Source: the human T2T-CHM13v2.0 reference genome, Homo sapiens. Taken from it: DNA of 64,000 nucleotides. The notes under the pieces are model-generated. The model had not been told where the DNA came from. It made no database searches and saw only the letters and a list, made by a program, of their open reading frames with translations. Where the stretch lies: the NCBI RefSeq assembly GCF_009914755.1, contig NC_060927.1; one strand, written 5' to 3'. The position numbers were made by a program, and so were the translations under genes. Shown in pieces: positions 13,121 to 27,920 of this stretch (positions are counted from its first letter, which is position 1; the number at the start of each line of letters is the position of its first letter).

Positions 13121-13252
13121 CACTATGGTTTGAATGTCTCTGCCAAAATTCATGTTGAAATTTAATTGCCAATGTAATAGTATTGGGAGATGGGACCTTC
13201 AAGAGGTAATTAGGTCATAAGGTCTCTGCCTCCATGAATAGATTAATGTCAT
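13121..13252 (+). mobile_element. 132-bp MSTB-like LTR 5' fragment, inverted copy of 12522-12653
   Basis: Reverse complement aligns without gaps to 12522-12653 with about 11 mismatches by eye. Confidence 0.88.
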
Positions 13253-13939
13253 GGCATCTCCTTACTCTGACTTTACAAATCTAATCTCCAGTAAAACCAA
13301 TAGGCTCTTCTTCCGTCACACTCCCCAAGAGCTATCTCCACTATGACTGCTTACATTAAGGCCCTCATAATCTCTTACAGAAATGTTTTTGCAATTGCCT
13401 CTTAACCAGGGTTATCGTCCATACTTACTCCCCTTAACTCATTATCTAAACTACTTCCAGAGCCAAAGATGTAATTTAAAAATTATTTTACTATGCTTAA
13501 AACCTCTTATTGTTTTTAGAATTGCTTTTAGAATTCACCCCAAACCCTTACTATGGCTTACAAAATGATTCAGAGTCTGACTTCTGGCTACTTCTGTCGC
13601 ACGTAACAAGTTTCTGCTCCATACTTTATACTACAGGCTCAGACACCCAGAAAATTTGCAGCTCCCTAAGTGTACTCAGGGGATCCACATTCCTTACACT
13701 TTTCCTCTTAGTGTTCTATCTGCCAAACACACCTGCTTCTGCATCTGTTCATCCAGTAGTTTTGATAAACATCAACACTCCCTTCTCTTAAGTTCTCCCT
13801 TTCTCTACTTCTTTGTCCCTAACTTCTACTTGTGTTTCAAAGCTTACTGTGGACTCACCTCTCCTGAGAAGACTTCCCAGATCTATTAACATACTCAAAA
13901 CCAAATTTGCCACCTGTTTTAAAAAATTTAAATATTATT

Positions 13940-14380
13940 TTGATGGCAGAGCACAACAAAAAGACACTCAGGCAGACGAAAAGCAGGGCTTGTTGCCACT
14001 TACAGCTCCAAATGAGATAGAGCTGCCATGCAGGGCTATACATTGAGTTATACCTGGGACTAGGGTAACAGCAAGCTAGAACTGGAGGAGGCAGCTTATG
14101 TATGGTAACAAGGTAGGGGCAGGCTAAGTATCACCATCTATCTGAGGATTGGGAATAATTCCACAAGCCCAAGGATAGTGATATTATTCATGGGTGTTAG
14201 GTATCCAGGAAACTCTGGCAGTTGGGTATGTGTGTGTTGCATCCCAGGAATGTTGGATTCTCACCAAGGTAAGTAGTTGGGGTTGGGTCTAGCAAACTGC
14301 CTGTGAAGGGGAATTGAGGTTTTTAGCCATGATTCAAAACTGGATCAGGACAGCACTTGGGAAATATTATAATACATCAC
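13940..14380. mobile_element. Probable old solo LTR of unassigned family
   Basis: GC-richer ~440-bp block bounded by TG...CA within L2-like sequence. Confidence 0.35.
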
Positions 14381-14989
14381 CACATGGAGCTAGGATGTAT
14401 CTCTAACATAGAACTTTTCCCAATGGGTTATAAAGCTTTATCTTTTTGTGTGTCTCTTGCACTAGACTTTAATCTCTCCTATATTCTCAATACCTAGAAT
14501 GTGACTGAAATAAAGCATTTAACTTTATTAAATGACTATTTTTCAGTGTTCAAAATATAAAGGTCTTTGCAATTAGTTATGCTTTGTTTATAAGTAGGAG
14601 CTTATTGTCTCTCTTGTGAACTTCTCTTAATTTGATAAGAGGAATTATATAATACATGGCTTTGGCTCCTAGGAACCCTACACTAAGTTGAAGGCTTAAC
14701 TTCAGGGATTCTACTTAGTCTATATTCCTAATTTAACTATCATCTCGACCCTATTTCACAACATGGTTCTTGTTTTCTTCAATGAATATTTTTGTACTTT
14801 TCCCCCTCCTTTTAAACCTTAGCATTAGTTATTCTATTGTAGATATGTTTTAGACTGCACACTGCCTTAAATCATCTTTGGAAATAAATGGAATATAAAT
14901 GTAGTAAAAATAAATTCAAGCTTAGATTTATCACCTGGTTCCTTGCAAAAACCAACAAGTGACATCATTAACAATAGTTTAAACTTCAG

Positions 14990-15294
<305 letters not shown>

Positions 15295-15735
15295 CCTTGA
15301 GATTTACCAAAGATATAAACCTGCTATTCAGTTGGGTGGTTTGCATATTGGTCTTTTGAAATTCTGAGTCTTTCTGTCGTTGCCAGGGCACAAGAGAGAG
15401 AGAGCATGACAGGAGGACGAACCCTGGACACCACACCACAGGAATAGGAAGAATGCCTAGGGCTTCTCAGAGCCTAGAGCCTGTTGCTGAGAGGCCACTT
15501 CATAAAGAGGCTACTTCATAAAGCCTAGATCCTGGTGCCGAGAGGCCACTGTTATTAATGACAGTCAAGGGAAAAGCTGTGGTTTGAGTCCTGGATATCA
15601 TTTCCTATCAGAGAATAAGAGCAAGGAGAGGGACACACTACATACATAAAAGGACTGAGGCCACCATTCAGAAGTTCAGGCTGAACACCAAATCATAAAC
15701 CAGTATACATAAATTCAGAAAATTAGTTTGAAAGG

Positions 15736-16115
15736 TGATATGGTTAGGTGTTGTGTCCTCACCCAAATCTCACCTTGAATTATAATCTCCATAATCCCCA
15801 CCTGTCAAAGGAGAGACCAAGTGGACGTAATCGATTCATGGTGGTGGCTTCCCACATGGTGTTCTCATGATAGTGAGTGAGTTCTCACAAGATCTGATGG
15901 TTTTGCCAAGTGTTCGATAGTTACTTCTGCATCCATTCTCTTTCCTGCTGCCTTGTGAAGAAGGTGCCTTGCTTCTCCTTCACCTTCTACCATGATTGTA
16001 AATTTCTTGAGGCTTCCCCAGCCATGCTAAACTGTGAGTCCATTAAACCTCTTTCCTTTATAAATTGCCCAGTCTCGGGTAGTTCTTTCTAGCAGTGTGA
16101 AATCAGACTAATACA
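15736..16115 (+). mobile_element. THE1 solo LTR, THE1D-like
   Basis: TGATATGGTT...GACTAATACA, 380 bp; perfect TSD AAAGG at 15731-15735 and 16116-16120. Confidence 0.93.
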
Positions 16116-17199
16116 AAAGGCATGGAAGAAGTGGTGTCAACAAGTATAAAACCAAGTTAGGATTAAAAGTTGAGCCAAAGACAAGCAGGAAGCAGATTTT
16201 CATCTCTGACATTGAAAGCTTTTCAGGGAACATCTCTTCAGTAGTCGTAAATAAAAAAAATATAACCATTGACCTGACTGTCAGGACTGTATATCTCCTT
16301 CCCCTGCAGGCTTCTAGTGTGAGTGGGCAAAGACTGCTAGGATATGGAACATTCCCTGGGGAGGGCAGGTCTCCTCAAGACTCAGTCTTTGGGTTGACAT
16401 CTTAATAAGAAGCTGAACAAGCATGGTCTAAGTACTCTGCCTTGAGACTTAACTTTAATTAACCCAGAGATTCACATTCTAGCATTGAGATAACAGTAGT
16501 TTGCAGATAATTTTGGCTATGTCCATTAGCAATAATAAATTACCGTGACTTTAAAAAAATATTATCTCAAATCCTCACAACAAATAAAGGGAGAAATACT
16601 ATGATCCTCATTTTAAAGATATTGAAATGGGGTTACACAGAGGTTAATATTATAGCTGTGGAATCACAGACTTGGGTTTATAGCCCCACAGATTACTGCT
16701 CTTAAGCCAATAAACATCATAGGGAAGTGTATTCAAGTGTGTTTTATACTTTTTGAAGGGAAAAAAGAAGATGGATAGATGGTTGGGTACATCTGCCATG
16801 CAATCTTTGCTAAAATTCTTTCTTCCAGGCTATATGATATGGTAATTTAAGTCTTATTTTATCCCAAGTTTGGGAGTTTACAAAGATTCTCTCTGTTTCC
16901 TCTTGGAAAATAAAAAGTTGGCTCATTCTGTAGACTCCCCCACTGGTTTTGTCTGGACTGCAGTGGGTTGGCCTTCTGTCTGGGCAGGAATACAAGTCTG
17001 AATCTTAAGCTTTTACAATGGAATGTCAACCTTGTCTCCCCAGTGTCTGGTGTGTAAATCTTATGGCTCTCACTTCAATCAACAATATAGAAATTCTGCA
17101 CTACAGGTCTGTGTTAGAGGATTTGACTGAACTGAATGGGAGCCAGCATTCATCCAAATCTCCCTTAAGACATCCGATATACAGAGTGCATAGCGGAAA

Positions 17200-17500
17200 G
17201 ATCATGAGCCTTAGCACCAAGAAGCTCTAAGTTAGAATCCCAGCTTTGCACCTGCTAGCTGTGTGAACGTGGGGATGTTGTTAAATGATAACAATGGATA
17301 ATATTTATGGAGTACTTGTTATCTATAGGAGCACAGTGTTAAGCGCATCACATCTACTGTTTCATTTAAACTTTATGAAACCCTATGAGGTGGGAGATAT
17401 TGTTGTCACCATTTTACCATTGTGAAAAAAATGACGCTTAGAAAGTTTAAATAACTTGGCAAAGGTCACACACCTTCTAAGTGGTAGATCCTGAATATGT
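17200..17500. mobile_element. Adjacent MIR relics (plus then minus)
   Basis: AGAATCCCAGCTTTGCACCTGCTAGCTGTGTGA and AAGTTTAAATAACTTGGCAAAGGTCACAC, both MIR-core-like. Confidence 0.65.
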
Positions 17501-20500
17501 CTTGAGCAGAGATGACCAATTGAATCCAGTTGTGCTAAAACAAACAAAAGCCATAACTATGCAAAAGTAGGTTGCTTGGATTTTATTGTTAAAGCTTTTT
17601 AAGGAAGGGAAAGACACCAATTGAAATATAAAGTGTTGTGTTAAAAGTGTTGCAGTGTGTTGCAGTGTTGTGTGAAAATGAGTTTGTTATGTATAGAATC
17701 AGGGAGCCTGAGAAAGAGATTATTGCATTAAGATGGAACTAGTGAAAAATTCTGGCACTGTGGGTAATGATAATAATCAAGGACTGAATGCCAAGAAACT
17801 GCAGTGCTTTTCCTATGCATACTTAGCCATAAACATTTTATTTTACCAAAAAAAAGGTTTTATATAGACCACATAAAATTTTATAGTTAGATTTTTTCAC
17901 AAACATTTAAAATTAGCTTTATCAAAGTCAATACAATAATTTCAGTATGCATTCAAAGGGCAAGTTCTAAAACTTTGCTACATTGTTTAATAATAACCCA
18001 ATGATTAATAATAAAAAACAGGTTCCATGACTTATTTGTATTTGACATTGTTTAAAATTGGATTTGAAGGTTTTTATATTGTATGGTTTTGAATTTGCTA
18101 AAACCTTCATCATATTGGTTCTCACCAAATAAGATTCATGGATTGTAAACCAATAGCATGAAAGGTGTCTTGGCCTGTTCTGCTTGGTCATAATCCCAGT
18201 GCCCACATTCATTTATTTTAGAAGTGAATATAGTATGTTACTCAAACTTTTAATCATTGCAATGGAATGGTTTGACTGATTTCCTGCTTCTAACATTTTC
18301 ATATTGTATGTCAGGAAAATGTTCAAGATTTCAGTGTATCTCCTGGATTCAGGGGACAAATGTAAATTTATTTTTATACTGAGCCAATTAATTAGGCCTC
18401 TTTTGTCTATGGAGAATGACCTGACTTCTACAACTCACATTTTAAAAAATTATTTAAGTTTGAAAACAGTCTAATTTCAATCTGGTCTTATTTCCAAAAA
18501 AAAAGATTTAATAATATTTCTTATTTCTCATTATAACTTTTATGAGACCCTGTGGTATAAGAACTACACTATTTCATCTCTTAGTATTTCCATAAGACTA
18601 GTGAAGTTTTTGCTAAGTGCCGTATCATATACATATCAGAACAGTGTATTAAAACTAGGAGGAAAAACAGTGGATTAAAACTAGGAAGAAAAAAAAATTA
18701 GGCCTCTGCAGCCTTACTCCACAGTGTTGAAACAGCCCTGCCTTTGTTACACAGTTGATTAAGCCCATGGTATAAGGAATTTAAACTTGTATGGAATCAT
18801 TGAACTACAAAATTTAAGATGTGGAAGAATAGGCTTCCTTCATTCCAGTGACTGACATATTTGCTAACCCTTCTCCTTGTAGCAAGCATAAATTAGTAAG
18901 TGCAGAATCTCAGATTCAGTAGGATACATCTTGCATTGGAAGCAAAAATTATGAGATCAAGAATAATTGATATTCTATGTGACCCATTAAAATAGGTCTT
19001 ATTTAAGGCAATACTGTTTCAAATTGTATCTCTTTTAAGTAGGCTAACCTGAATGTAGGCACCCTTTTTTTGCACTTTACAGCAAAACTAAGCAATTCCT
19101 GCAACCATCCCGATCAGAGGACCTTGAACTGAGAGCACATGTTTAATGATGCCCAGACTAGCTATTGATTAAACACTGACAGTGTTCAGAGGAATTGAGA
19201 ATCAAAAAGCCTCCCCCATGGCCAGCTCTGCCATGCTCACTTCTTAATAGATGGCAAAGGAGGATTCTAAATGAGATCCGCTGCCCTGCGCATCCTCAGA
19301 ACTCCACAGGCAATGGGATTAATTTCTGCTTTGCAGTTTTTTGGAACTACTATGTCTAAAATGTCCATCCTTCTCCAGAATTTACTACAGATGTCCCTCC
19401 TTTTTTATTTTTTGTTCCTCTTCTTTGAAGAAAAAAAGTTTTCATATGAATTTAAGGCATAGAACAATATCCTTTCAAATGTGGAATGAATTAAAGCTCA
19501 CTGTTAATTACTCTATAAACAAATAAAAGAACAAATCCTGGAGAATAATTCAGGCTGAAATATCATTCTCTAAATCAAATAAACAACAATATAAAAAAGG
19601 CTAAAAGAAAATAAAAAGAAGAAAGGTTTCAGACAGGACTAATATTCTCATTGGCATTGCTCCATTGAGTTGGTTACTGCCCAGAGGCACAGATATTTTT
19701 AGGATATTCTTTTGTCTGGTAGGAGATTATGACCCAGAACTGTGAAGTAAGGCTGTTTCTACACTTAAAAAAATGTAATTTCCAATGGTGGAACCACCCA
19801 GCTGTTTTACCTTCAACAAACATTGATGAAACACCTAGAGGGTGTCAGGCACGTTGCTTGGTACTTTCCCTTTTAAAATTATTTAATCCCTCCAACAATC
19901 CATGAAATACTCATTATAATCCTTTTAAAGATGTGAAAACTGAAGCTCTGAGGAATTAAATAAATCCTCTATTATCAAACAATCAGTAAATAGGTGAGAG
20001 CAAAGTCACATTGTTAGAAACTGTCAGAACAAGGATTAAAATCCAGATATCTTGATTAATATTATATTGGCATAATTACTGTATAGTACCTTCCTTGGCT
20101 TAATAATACACATTTAATGAAAATAATATACGGATTTTTTAAAATCATTGTTTGCTCTTTTACTATTTTATTTCTGATTTTCTAAGGATTACATCCTTAG
20201 GGTGAATTTTTTTTTAATTACAAAAAAGGGTAAATAAGGATAGAATAAAGCAATCATAATCCCACCACTCAGGGGCAACCATTGTTAATATTGCACTTAT
20301 TTTGTTCCAGTGTTTTGTCTACATATTTCTTCATAATTGAAACTATGCTACCTTTTTATATATTCATATATACACAGAACACATATTTTACATTCACACA
20401 TGCTTCTCAATATACATTAAAACTATTTATTAAACTCACTATAATGGTGGTAAAAACCTTTTGGTATGTATTTATTTATATAGTCATGTATATCATGGTA

Positions 20501-21073
20501 TCTTTTTTATTCTCTTCTAATCAATATAGATATTAATATTAATTTGTGTATATCATTTAGATATTTTGTTTCCTTGGGATGATTTTAACCAAAGGGATTA
20601 AAGTTTAAAAGAGTTAAAAGAATGGATCTTAAAAAATGTTGATACCTATTGTCAAAATGTTTTTCCAAATTTTAAGACAATTTATTGATCCATCGTCACT
20701 ATATAATACTTCCTGTCTTATCCTTACTGGCCTCAAGTTTTTCTTTGTCCCTTTCAGTCTTTACTAATTTGATAAGTAAAATTATGTATATTCTTTTACT
20801 TGTTTCAGTAAGTTCCAATTCTAAAAATGTATTCATCATTTGTATATCCTTTTATGAGTTTGCTGCTAAGGTACTTTGCCTAATTTTTTCTTAATTGTGA
20901 ATTTCATATTTTAGAAAGTTCACATGTAAATTATATATTATATAATATGTGTAACTTTATAAAGCAAGCATAACAATCCTTTGTCATCTTTGCTACAAAC
21001 ATGTCATGGTTTGCTATTTTTTAATTGAGCTCATATTATATTTAAGCCATTTTTTTTAGCATAAAAGCAATAT

Positions 21074-24000
21074 AGGGAGTGAAGTCACCAAGATCGTGGA
21101 ATAGAAGAAAACATGCTCATGTTCCATGACAAAAGTAAGAATTCTGTACCTATCTATAGTCAAAAGTTTCTCTGCAGGAGTTTTAGGATTCAGATAGGAG
21201 TTTCTAAAACCCTGGTAAAGCCCAAGACCAAGGAGGGTCATTTTGAGAGGGCAGACCAGCACCTAGCTGGCTGATCTGCCGGCTTGCTCCCAAGTTCAAG
21301 CCCAGAAATGGCCTAGTCCCCCAAGGGGGTTTGCTACAGCCACTTTTGGCCTTGAGTCTGCCACCAAAACCATCTGCCAAGAGGTCTAGAAAGAATCGTA
21401 CATACTAGTGCCTTGGTGGGAAGGCTTGCTGATACTTGTTTTGGCAGTGAACCTGAAAGTTGCCCTGTGGCTCTGTTCCAACACTCCTTGTCTGAGGTCT
21501 CAGCTCAGAGGTCCTTGCACAAGGACCTAGAAGGGGATGCCCATATCTCACAGCCTGGAATTCTGCTGAATCTCTCTGATGGGATCTCCAACCTTTATTG
21601 CATAGCAGATCCCAAGGGGACCCAGTTGCAGCACTAGCCCCTTCCAGTGCAGTTAGGGAACTCTCCCATCTGTGCTGAGGCCTGCTAGGAGATACCTGTC
21701 TGGGCCAACAAGACAGGCTCTCCAGTGACTGTCCCACAGCAGGTCTCAAGGGGGCCCAGTCTTAGCTCTAGTGCTTCTTGCTGCAGTGGGGGAAAAAATC
21801 CCATCTGTACAGCAACCTGCTAAGTGACACACACCCCTCTGAGTCAATGATACCAGGCTCACTAGACACCCCCACAGCAGACTCCAAGGAGGCCACTCTC
21901 AGCTCCAGATTCTCTTGTTTCAGTTCAGGAATTATCTCATCTGCACTGAAACCTGCTGGGAGATGTGTGTCTGTCTAAGCCAATGAGATAGGATCTCCAG
22001 ATTGTGTCCCACATCAGATCCTGAAGCAGCCCAATCTCAGCTGTGGACCCTCCTGCTGAAGATGGGGGACTGTCCTCTCTGTACAGAAACAGGTGGGGAG
22101 GCATACACATCTGGGCCATGGAGGCAGTCTCCTGGACTCAGATCCCAGCCATGTCTACACAGCTCCAGTACTCTCCTTGGGTCTTCCCCAGCTCCACTTA
22201 GCCAGAAAGCTCCATCAAAATTGGAGCCCTCATGAGACTTGTGGCAAACTTGGGCATAGCACTTCCTCTAGCGTTGGGACAGGTGCAATGATCACAGCCT
22301 CTGGGAACATAACAGTCAGGCCGCTTAGAATTTCTAGAAGGCCTTCTGAAGAAAAACAGACACAAACAAATCCAGATTGCAAAGACTGAAATAAATACCT
22401 TATCTTTCAATGTGGAGATATTGCCACAAATTAAGAACATTTAATATGACCTTATCAACTGGACAAAATAAGGCATCAGAGGCCAACCATAAAGTAATGA
22501 AGATATGTTAACTCTCAGACAAAGAAGTCCAAATAGCTGTTTCAAGGAAATTCAGTGAACTAAAAAAGAACAAACAAACAAACAAAAAACCAATTTTTGA
22601 AAAAAATAACAGAGATATTGAAATAAGTTTAAAAGTCAAACAAATCTTGGAGGTTCAAAATACAATGAATGAAATAAAAAATACAGTGGAGGGCACCAAC
22701 AGCAGAACTGATCAAACAGGAGAAAGAATCGGTGAGCTCAAAACAGGCTATTTAAGAATACACTATAAAAGGAGAAAAGAGAATGAAAAGGAATGAAAAA
22801 AGCTTACAAGATCTATGGGACAAAATCAGAAGATAAAATACTTGGGTTATTGGAGTTAAAGAGGGAACTGAGAAAGATAAAAGGGTAGAAAGTTTATTTG
22901 AAGAAATAATAACAGAAAAATTTCCAAACCTGGAGAAAGATATAAATATCCAGGTACAGGAAAGTCAAAAGTCACCAGTCAGATTCAACCTAAATAAACA
23001 TATGCCAAGAGATATCCTAATCAGACTCTAAAAAATCAAAGACAAAGAGAAGATTCTGAAAGCATCAAGAGAAAAGAAGCAAATAATATAGAAGGGTGAT
23101 CCAGCATGCCTGGTAGCAGACTTTTCAGCAGAAATCTTACAGGCCAGGAAGGAGTTAGATAAAATATACAGAGTGCTGAAGGAAAAAAATAAAAAATAAA
23201 TAAACTGTGAATACTGTATTGAGCAAAGCTATCTTTTATAAACATAGAAGATATAAATGCTTTCCCAGACGAACAAAAACTAAGGGAATTTATCACTACC
23301 AGAACATTCTTACAAGAAGTGCTAAAGGGAGTTCTTTAAACTGAAAGAAAAGGATGCTAACATGATTGTTACACTAATATTGTAATTATGGTATGTAAAC
23401 CACTTACATCCTTCATAAGAAGACTAAAAGACAAAACTCTTAAGATAATAGTAACTACAACAATTTTTAAAGAAATGGGCAATACAAAAATGTAAATGGT
23501 GACGCCAAAAATTTAAAATATGAGAAGACAAAGAAGTTAAACCGTACAGGGTTTGTTTGTATCTTTTTTGCAATCAATAAGTTAAGTTGGTATCAGTTTT
23601 AAATAACTTCTTATAACTACAGAATGTTTTTTCTAATTCTCATAATAGCGTTTTTTTCTAATTCTCATAATAATTACAAAGCAAAAACCTGTAATACATA
23701 CACTAAAAAAAAAAATTAAAACATATTACCAGAGAAAATCACTTAGCCACAATGGAAAGTAGTAAGAAAGAAAGGAGTTAAAAAAAACAACTATAAAATA
23801 AGAAACAAAATGGTAGTAGTAAACCTTTACCAACCCCTAATAACACTGAATGTAGAAGAACTGAATGCTCTAATTAAAAAAATAGAGTGACTGAATTCAT
23901 TAAAAAACAAGTCTCAACTATACACTGTCTACAAGAAACTCACTTGACCTCTAAAGACACACATAGACTGAAAGTGAAGGGACGGGAAAAAGTATTCCAT

Positions 24001-27000
24001 GTAAATTAAAATCAAAAAAGAGCAAGACTAGCTACATTTATATCAGCTAAAATAAATTTTAACTCAAAAACTAAAAAGAGGCAAAGAATGTCATTATAGA
24101 ATGAAAAAGGAGTCAATTCAGCAGGAGTACATCACAATATATATACACCCAACACTGGAGCACCCAAATATATACAGCAATAATAGATCTAATGGGGAGA
24201 GAAAGACTGCAACACAATAATAGTAGGGGACTTCAACACTTGACTTTCATCAATGTACAGATCACCCAGGCAGAATACCATCAAGAAACATTGAAGTTAA
24301 ATTATACTCTAAACCAAATGAACCCAAAAGACATTTACAAAACATTTTATCCAACTATTGCAGAATACATTCTTCTTATTAGCACCTGAATCATTCTCCA
24401 AGATAGAACATATGTTAGGCCACAAAACAAGTCTCCACACAAAATCATATCAAACATTTTTATAGACACATCCAAAACTAGAAATCAATAACAAGAGGAA
24501 ATTTGGAAATTGTAAAAGTATATAAAAATTAGCACCTTCCTGAATGATCAATGATTCAATGGAGAAAATAAAAAGAAAATTTAAAAATTTCTTGAAACAA
24601 ATGAAAATGGAAACACAATATATCAGAGCCCATGGGATCCAGCAAAAGCAGTACTATGAGAAAAGTTTATAGCAATAAATGCCTATACTGAAAAATATAA
24701 AGATTTCACATAAACAACCTACCTACACCTCAGAAGCCTAGAAAAGTAATGATAAACCAAACCCAAAATTAGTAGAAGAAAAGAAATAATAAAGATAAAA
24801 GCAGATATAAAAAATTGAGAATAGAAAACAATATAAAATCTCTATGAAACTAAGTTCATTTTTATGAAAAGATCAAACAAAACTGACAAAATTTTAGCTA
24901 TCCTAATTTTAAAAAGAGAAGATATCAATAATTAAATCAGAAACAAAAAAGGAGATATATCAACTGATACCACAGAAATACAAAGAATTATTAAAAACTG
25001 TTATGAACAAATACATGCCAACAAATTAGAAAACTTAAATGAAAAGGATACATTTCTGGACACTTATAATCTACTAAGATTGAACCATGAAGAAATAGAA
25101 AACCTGAACAGACCAACAGTGGCTAACAATATCAAAACAGTAATAAAAAGTCTCCCCTCAACGAAAAGCCCAGGACCAAATGGATTCACTGCTAAAGTCT
25201 AAAATCATTTAAATAAAACTAACACCAATTTGATAAAGGCCATATATGATTAATTCACCACTCAAACTATTTTACAAAATTGAAGAGGAGGGAAGACTTC
25301 CAAACTTACTCTATAAGACCAGCATTCCCCTGATAACTAAAAACAGACAAGGTCGCAACAACAACAACAAAATTAATGGGCAATATCCTTGATAAACATA
25401 GATTCCCAACAAAATACCAGCAAACCAAACTCAACAACACACTAAAAAGATCGTTACTGTGATCAAGTGAGATTCATCCCAGGGATGCATGGATGGTTCA
25501 ACATACAAAAATCAATAAATGCAATACATCACATCAACAAAATCAAAGATAAAACCATATTATCATTTCACTAGATGCTGCAAAAGCATTTGATAAAATT
25601 CAACATCCTTCATGATAAAAGTTAACAAATTGGGTACAAAAAGCAAAAAGAAAATATTGCAGCACAGTAAAGGCCATATATGACAAAGCCACTGCCAATG
25701 TTATACTGAATGGGAAAAATTGAAAACCTTTCACTAAGTTCTGCAACAAATAAGAATACCCACTTTCACCACTTTTATTTAACATAGTACTGGAACTCCT
25801 AGCCAGAGAAATTATGCAATAGAATGAAATAAAAGGCATCCAAATAAGCAAAGAGGAAGTCAAATTATTCTAGTTTGCAGATGACATGATTTTTTATGTA
25901 GAAAAATCTAAATACTCCAGCAAAAAAGCTCTTAGGACTGATAAATGAATTCAGGAAACTAACAGGATATAAAATCAATGTACAAAACAACTAGTAGTAT
26001 TCTACACACTAAGAGCAATCAGTATGTAAAATAAATCAAGAAAGTAATCCCATTTACAATAGCTACAAAAACTAAAATCTCTAAGAATAAATTTAACCAA
26101 AGAAATAAAAGATCTCTACAAGGAAAACTATAAAACACTGATGAAATAAATTGAAGAAGACACAAAAAAATTGGAAAGACATCCCATGTTCATGGCTTGA
26201 AATAATTAGTATTGTTAAAATCTCTGTACTACCCAAAGTGATCTAGAGATTTAATTCAGTCTCTATCAAAATTCCCCTGACATTCTTCACAGAAATAAGA
26301 AAAATAATCATAAAATTCACAAGTAACCAGAAAAGACCCTGAATAGCTAAAGCAATTCTGAGAAAAACAGAGCAAAACCAAAAGCTGGAGGCAGCACATT
26401 ACCTGATTTTAAAGTATACTACAAAGCTATAATAGCCAAAACAGCATGGTACTATCATAAAAACAGACATACAGAACAATGGAACAGAATAGAGAACTCA
26501 GAAATAAATCCACACTTAGAGTCAACTGATTTGCAAGAAAGGTGCATTTGGGAAAGGAGAGCCTGTTTAATAAACGGTGCTGGGAAACTGGATATCCATA
26601 TGCAGAAAAATGAAACTAGATCCTCATCTTTTGCCATTTACAAAAATCAACCCCAAATGGATTAAGGACTTAAATCTAAGACCTGAAACTTGATACTACT
26701 AGAAGAAAACATTGGGGTAATGCTACAGGTCATTGGCCAGGGCAAAGATTTTCGGGGACAGACCTCAAAAACACAGACAACACAAACCAAAATTCACAAA
26801 TTGGATTACATCAAACTAAAAACCATCTGCAGAGCAAAGGAAGCAATGAACATAGGAAAGCAACAACCTACTGAATGGGGAAAAATTGCAAACTACCCAA
26901 AAATAGATTAATAATCAGAATATATAATGTATTAAAACAACTCAATAGCAAACACCAAATAATATGATTAAAATATGGTCAAAAGACTTGAATAGACATT

Positions 27001-27920
27001 TCTCAAAAGACATACAAATGGCCAACAAATTTATGAGGAAATGCTAAACATTAAGAAAAGGAGATATCATCTCACCCCAGTTAGAAAAGCTATTATCAAA
27101 AAGACAACAACAACAAAAATATCAGATGCTGGCAAGGATATGGAGAAGGGGAACATTTATACAGTGTTGTTGGCAATATAAAGAAGTATAGCCATCATGG
27201 AAAACACTAGGGAGGTTCCTCAAGAAATGAGAAATAGAACTACTGTATGATCCAGTAATTCCACTACTGAGTACTTCCAAAAAAAGGAAATTGGTATATT
27301 GAAGAGATATTTGTATTCTCATGTTTACTGCAGCACTATTCACAATAGTCAAGATATAGAATCAGCCTCAGTGCCACTCGATGAATAAATAGATAAAAAA
27401 TGTGGTATGCATAGACAATGGAATATCATTCAGCCACAAAAAAGAATAGAATCCTGTCATTTGCAGCAGCATGGAAGGAACTTATTTCATTCTGTTAAGT
27501 GAAATAAGCCAGGCATAGAGAGACATATATTGCATTCTCTCACTCATTTCTGGAAGCTAAAGAAAAGTGGATCTCATGAAAGTAGAGACTAAAATGGTGG
27601 TTACCAGAAGCTGGGAGGGGAAAGGTGTTGGACAGATGAAGACAAGTTGGTTAAAATTGGATACAAATATACAGTCAGATAGAAGGAATAAGTTCTCATA
27701 TTTAATAGTACAACTGGGAAATTATAGTTAATGATAATTTATTGTAAATTAAAATAGAAGGGAATAACTGTAATGTTCCTAACACAAAGAAAAGATAAAT
27801 GTTTGAGGTGAATGATATCTCAGTTACCCTGGTTTGATCATTATACATTGTATACATGTATCAAAATATTGCATGTGTCCCTAAAATATGTACTACTATT
27901 ATATATCAGTAAAAAATTAA
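21074..27920 (+). mobile_element. Apparently full-length (~6.85 kb) decayed L1, L1MA4-like
   Basis: 5' end GGGAGTGAAGTCACCAAGATCGTGG; GC-rich 5' UTR to ~22400; ORF1 remnants ~22420-23350; ORF2 remnants ~23810-27500 with EN, RT and C-terminal motifs broken by stops; L1MA-type 3' UTR. Degenerate TSD TAAAAGCAATAT / TAAAACACAATAT. Confidence 0.88.

Larger units (their letters stand above)
11990..13870 (+). mobile_element. Degenerate L2, interrupted by MST LTR pieces
   Basis: L2-like motifs (AAATTCAAGGAGTACTTTTCATACCTTAT; CCAGAGCCAAAGATGTAATTTAAAA); boundaries approximate. Confidence 0.55.

Noticed and set aside
17630-17675. Short GTGTTGCA-type repeats
   Set aside because: Low-complexity slippage with no further structure.
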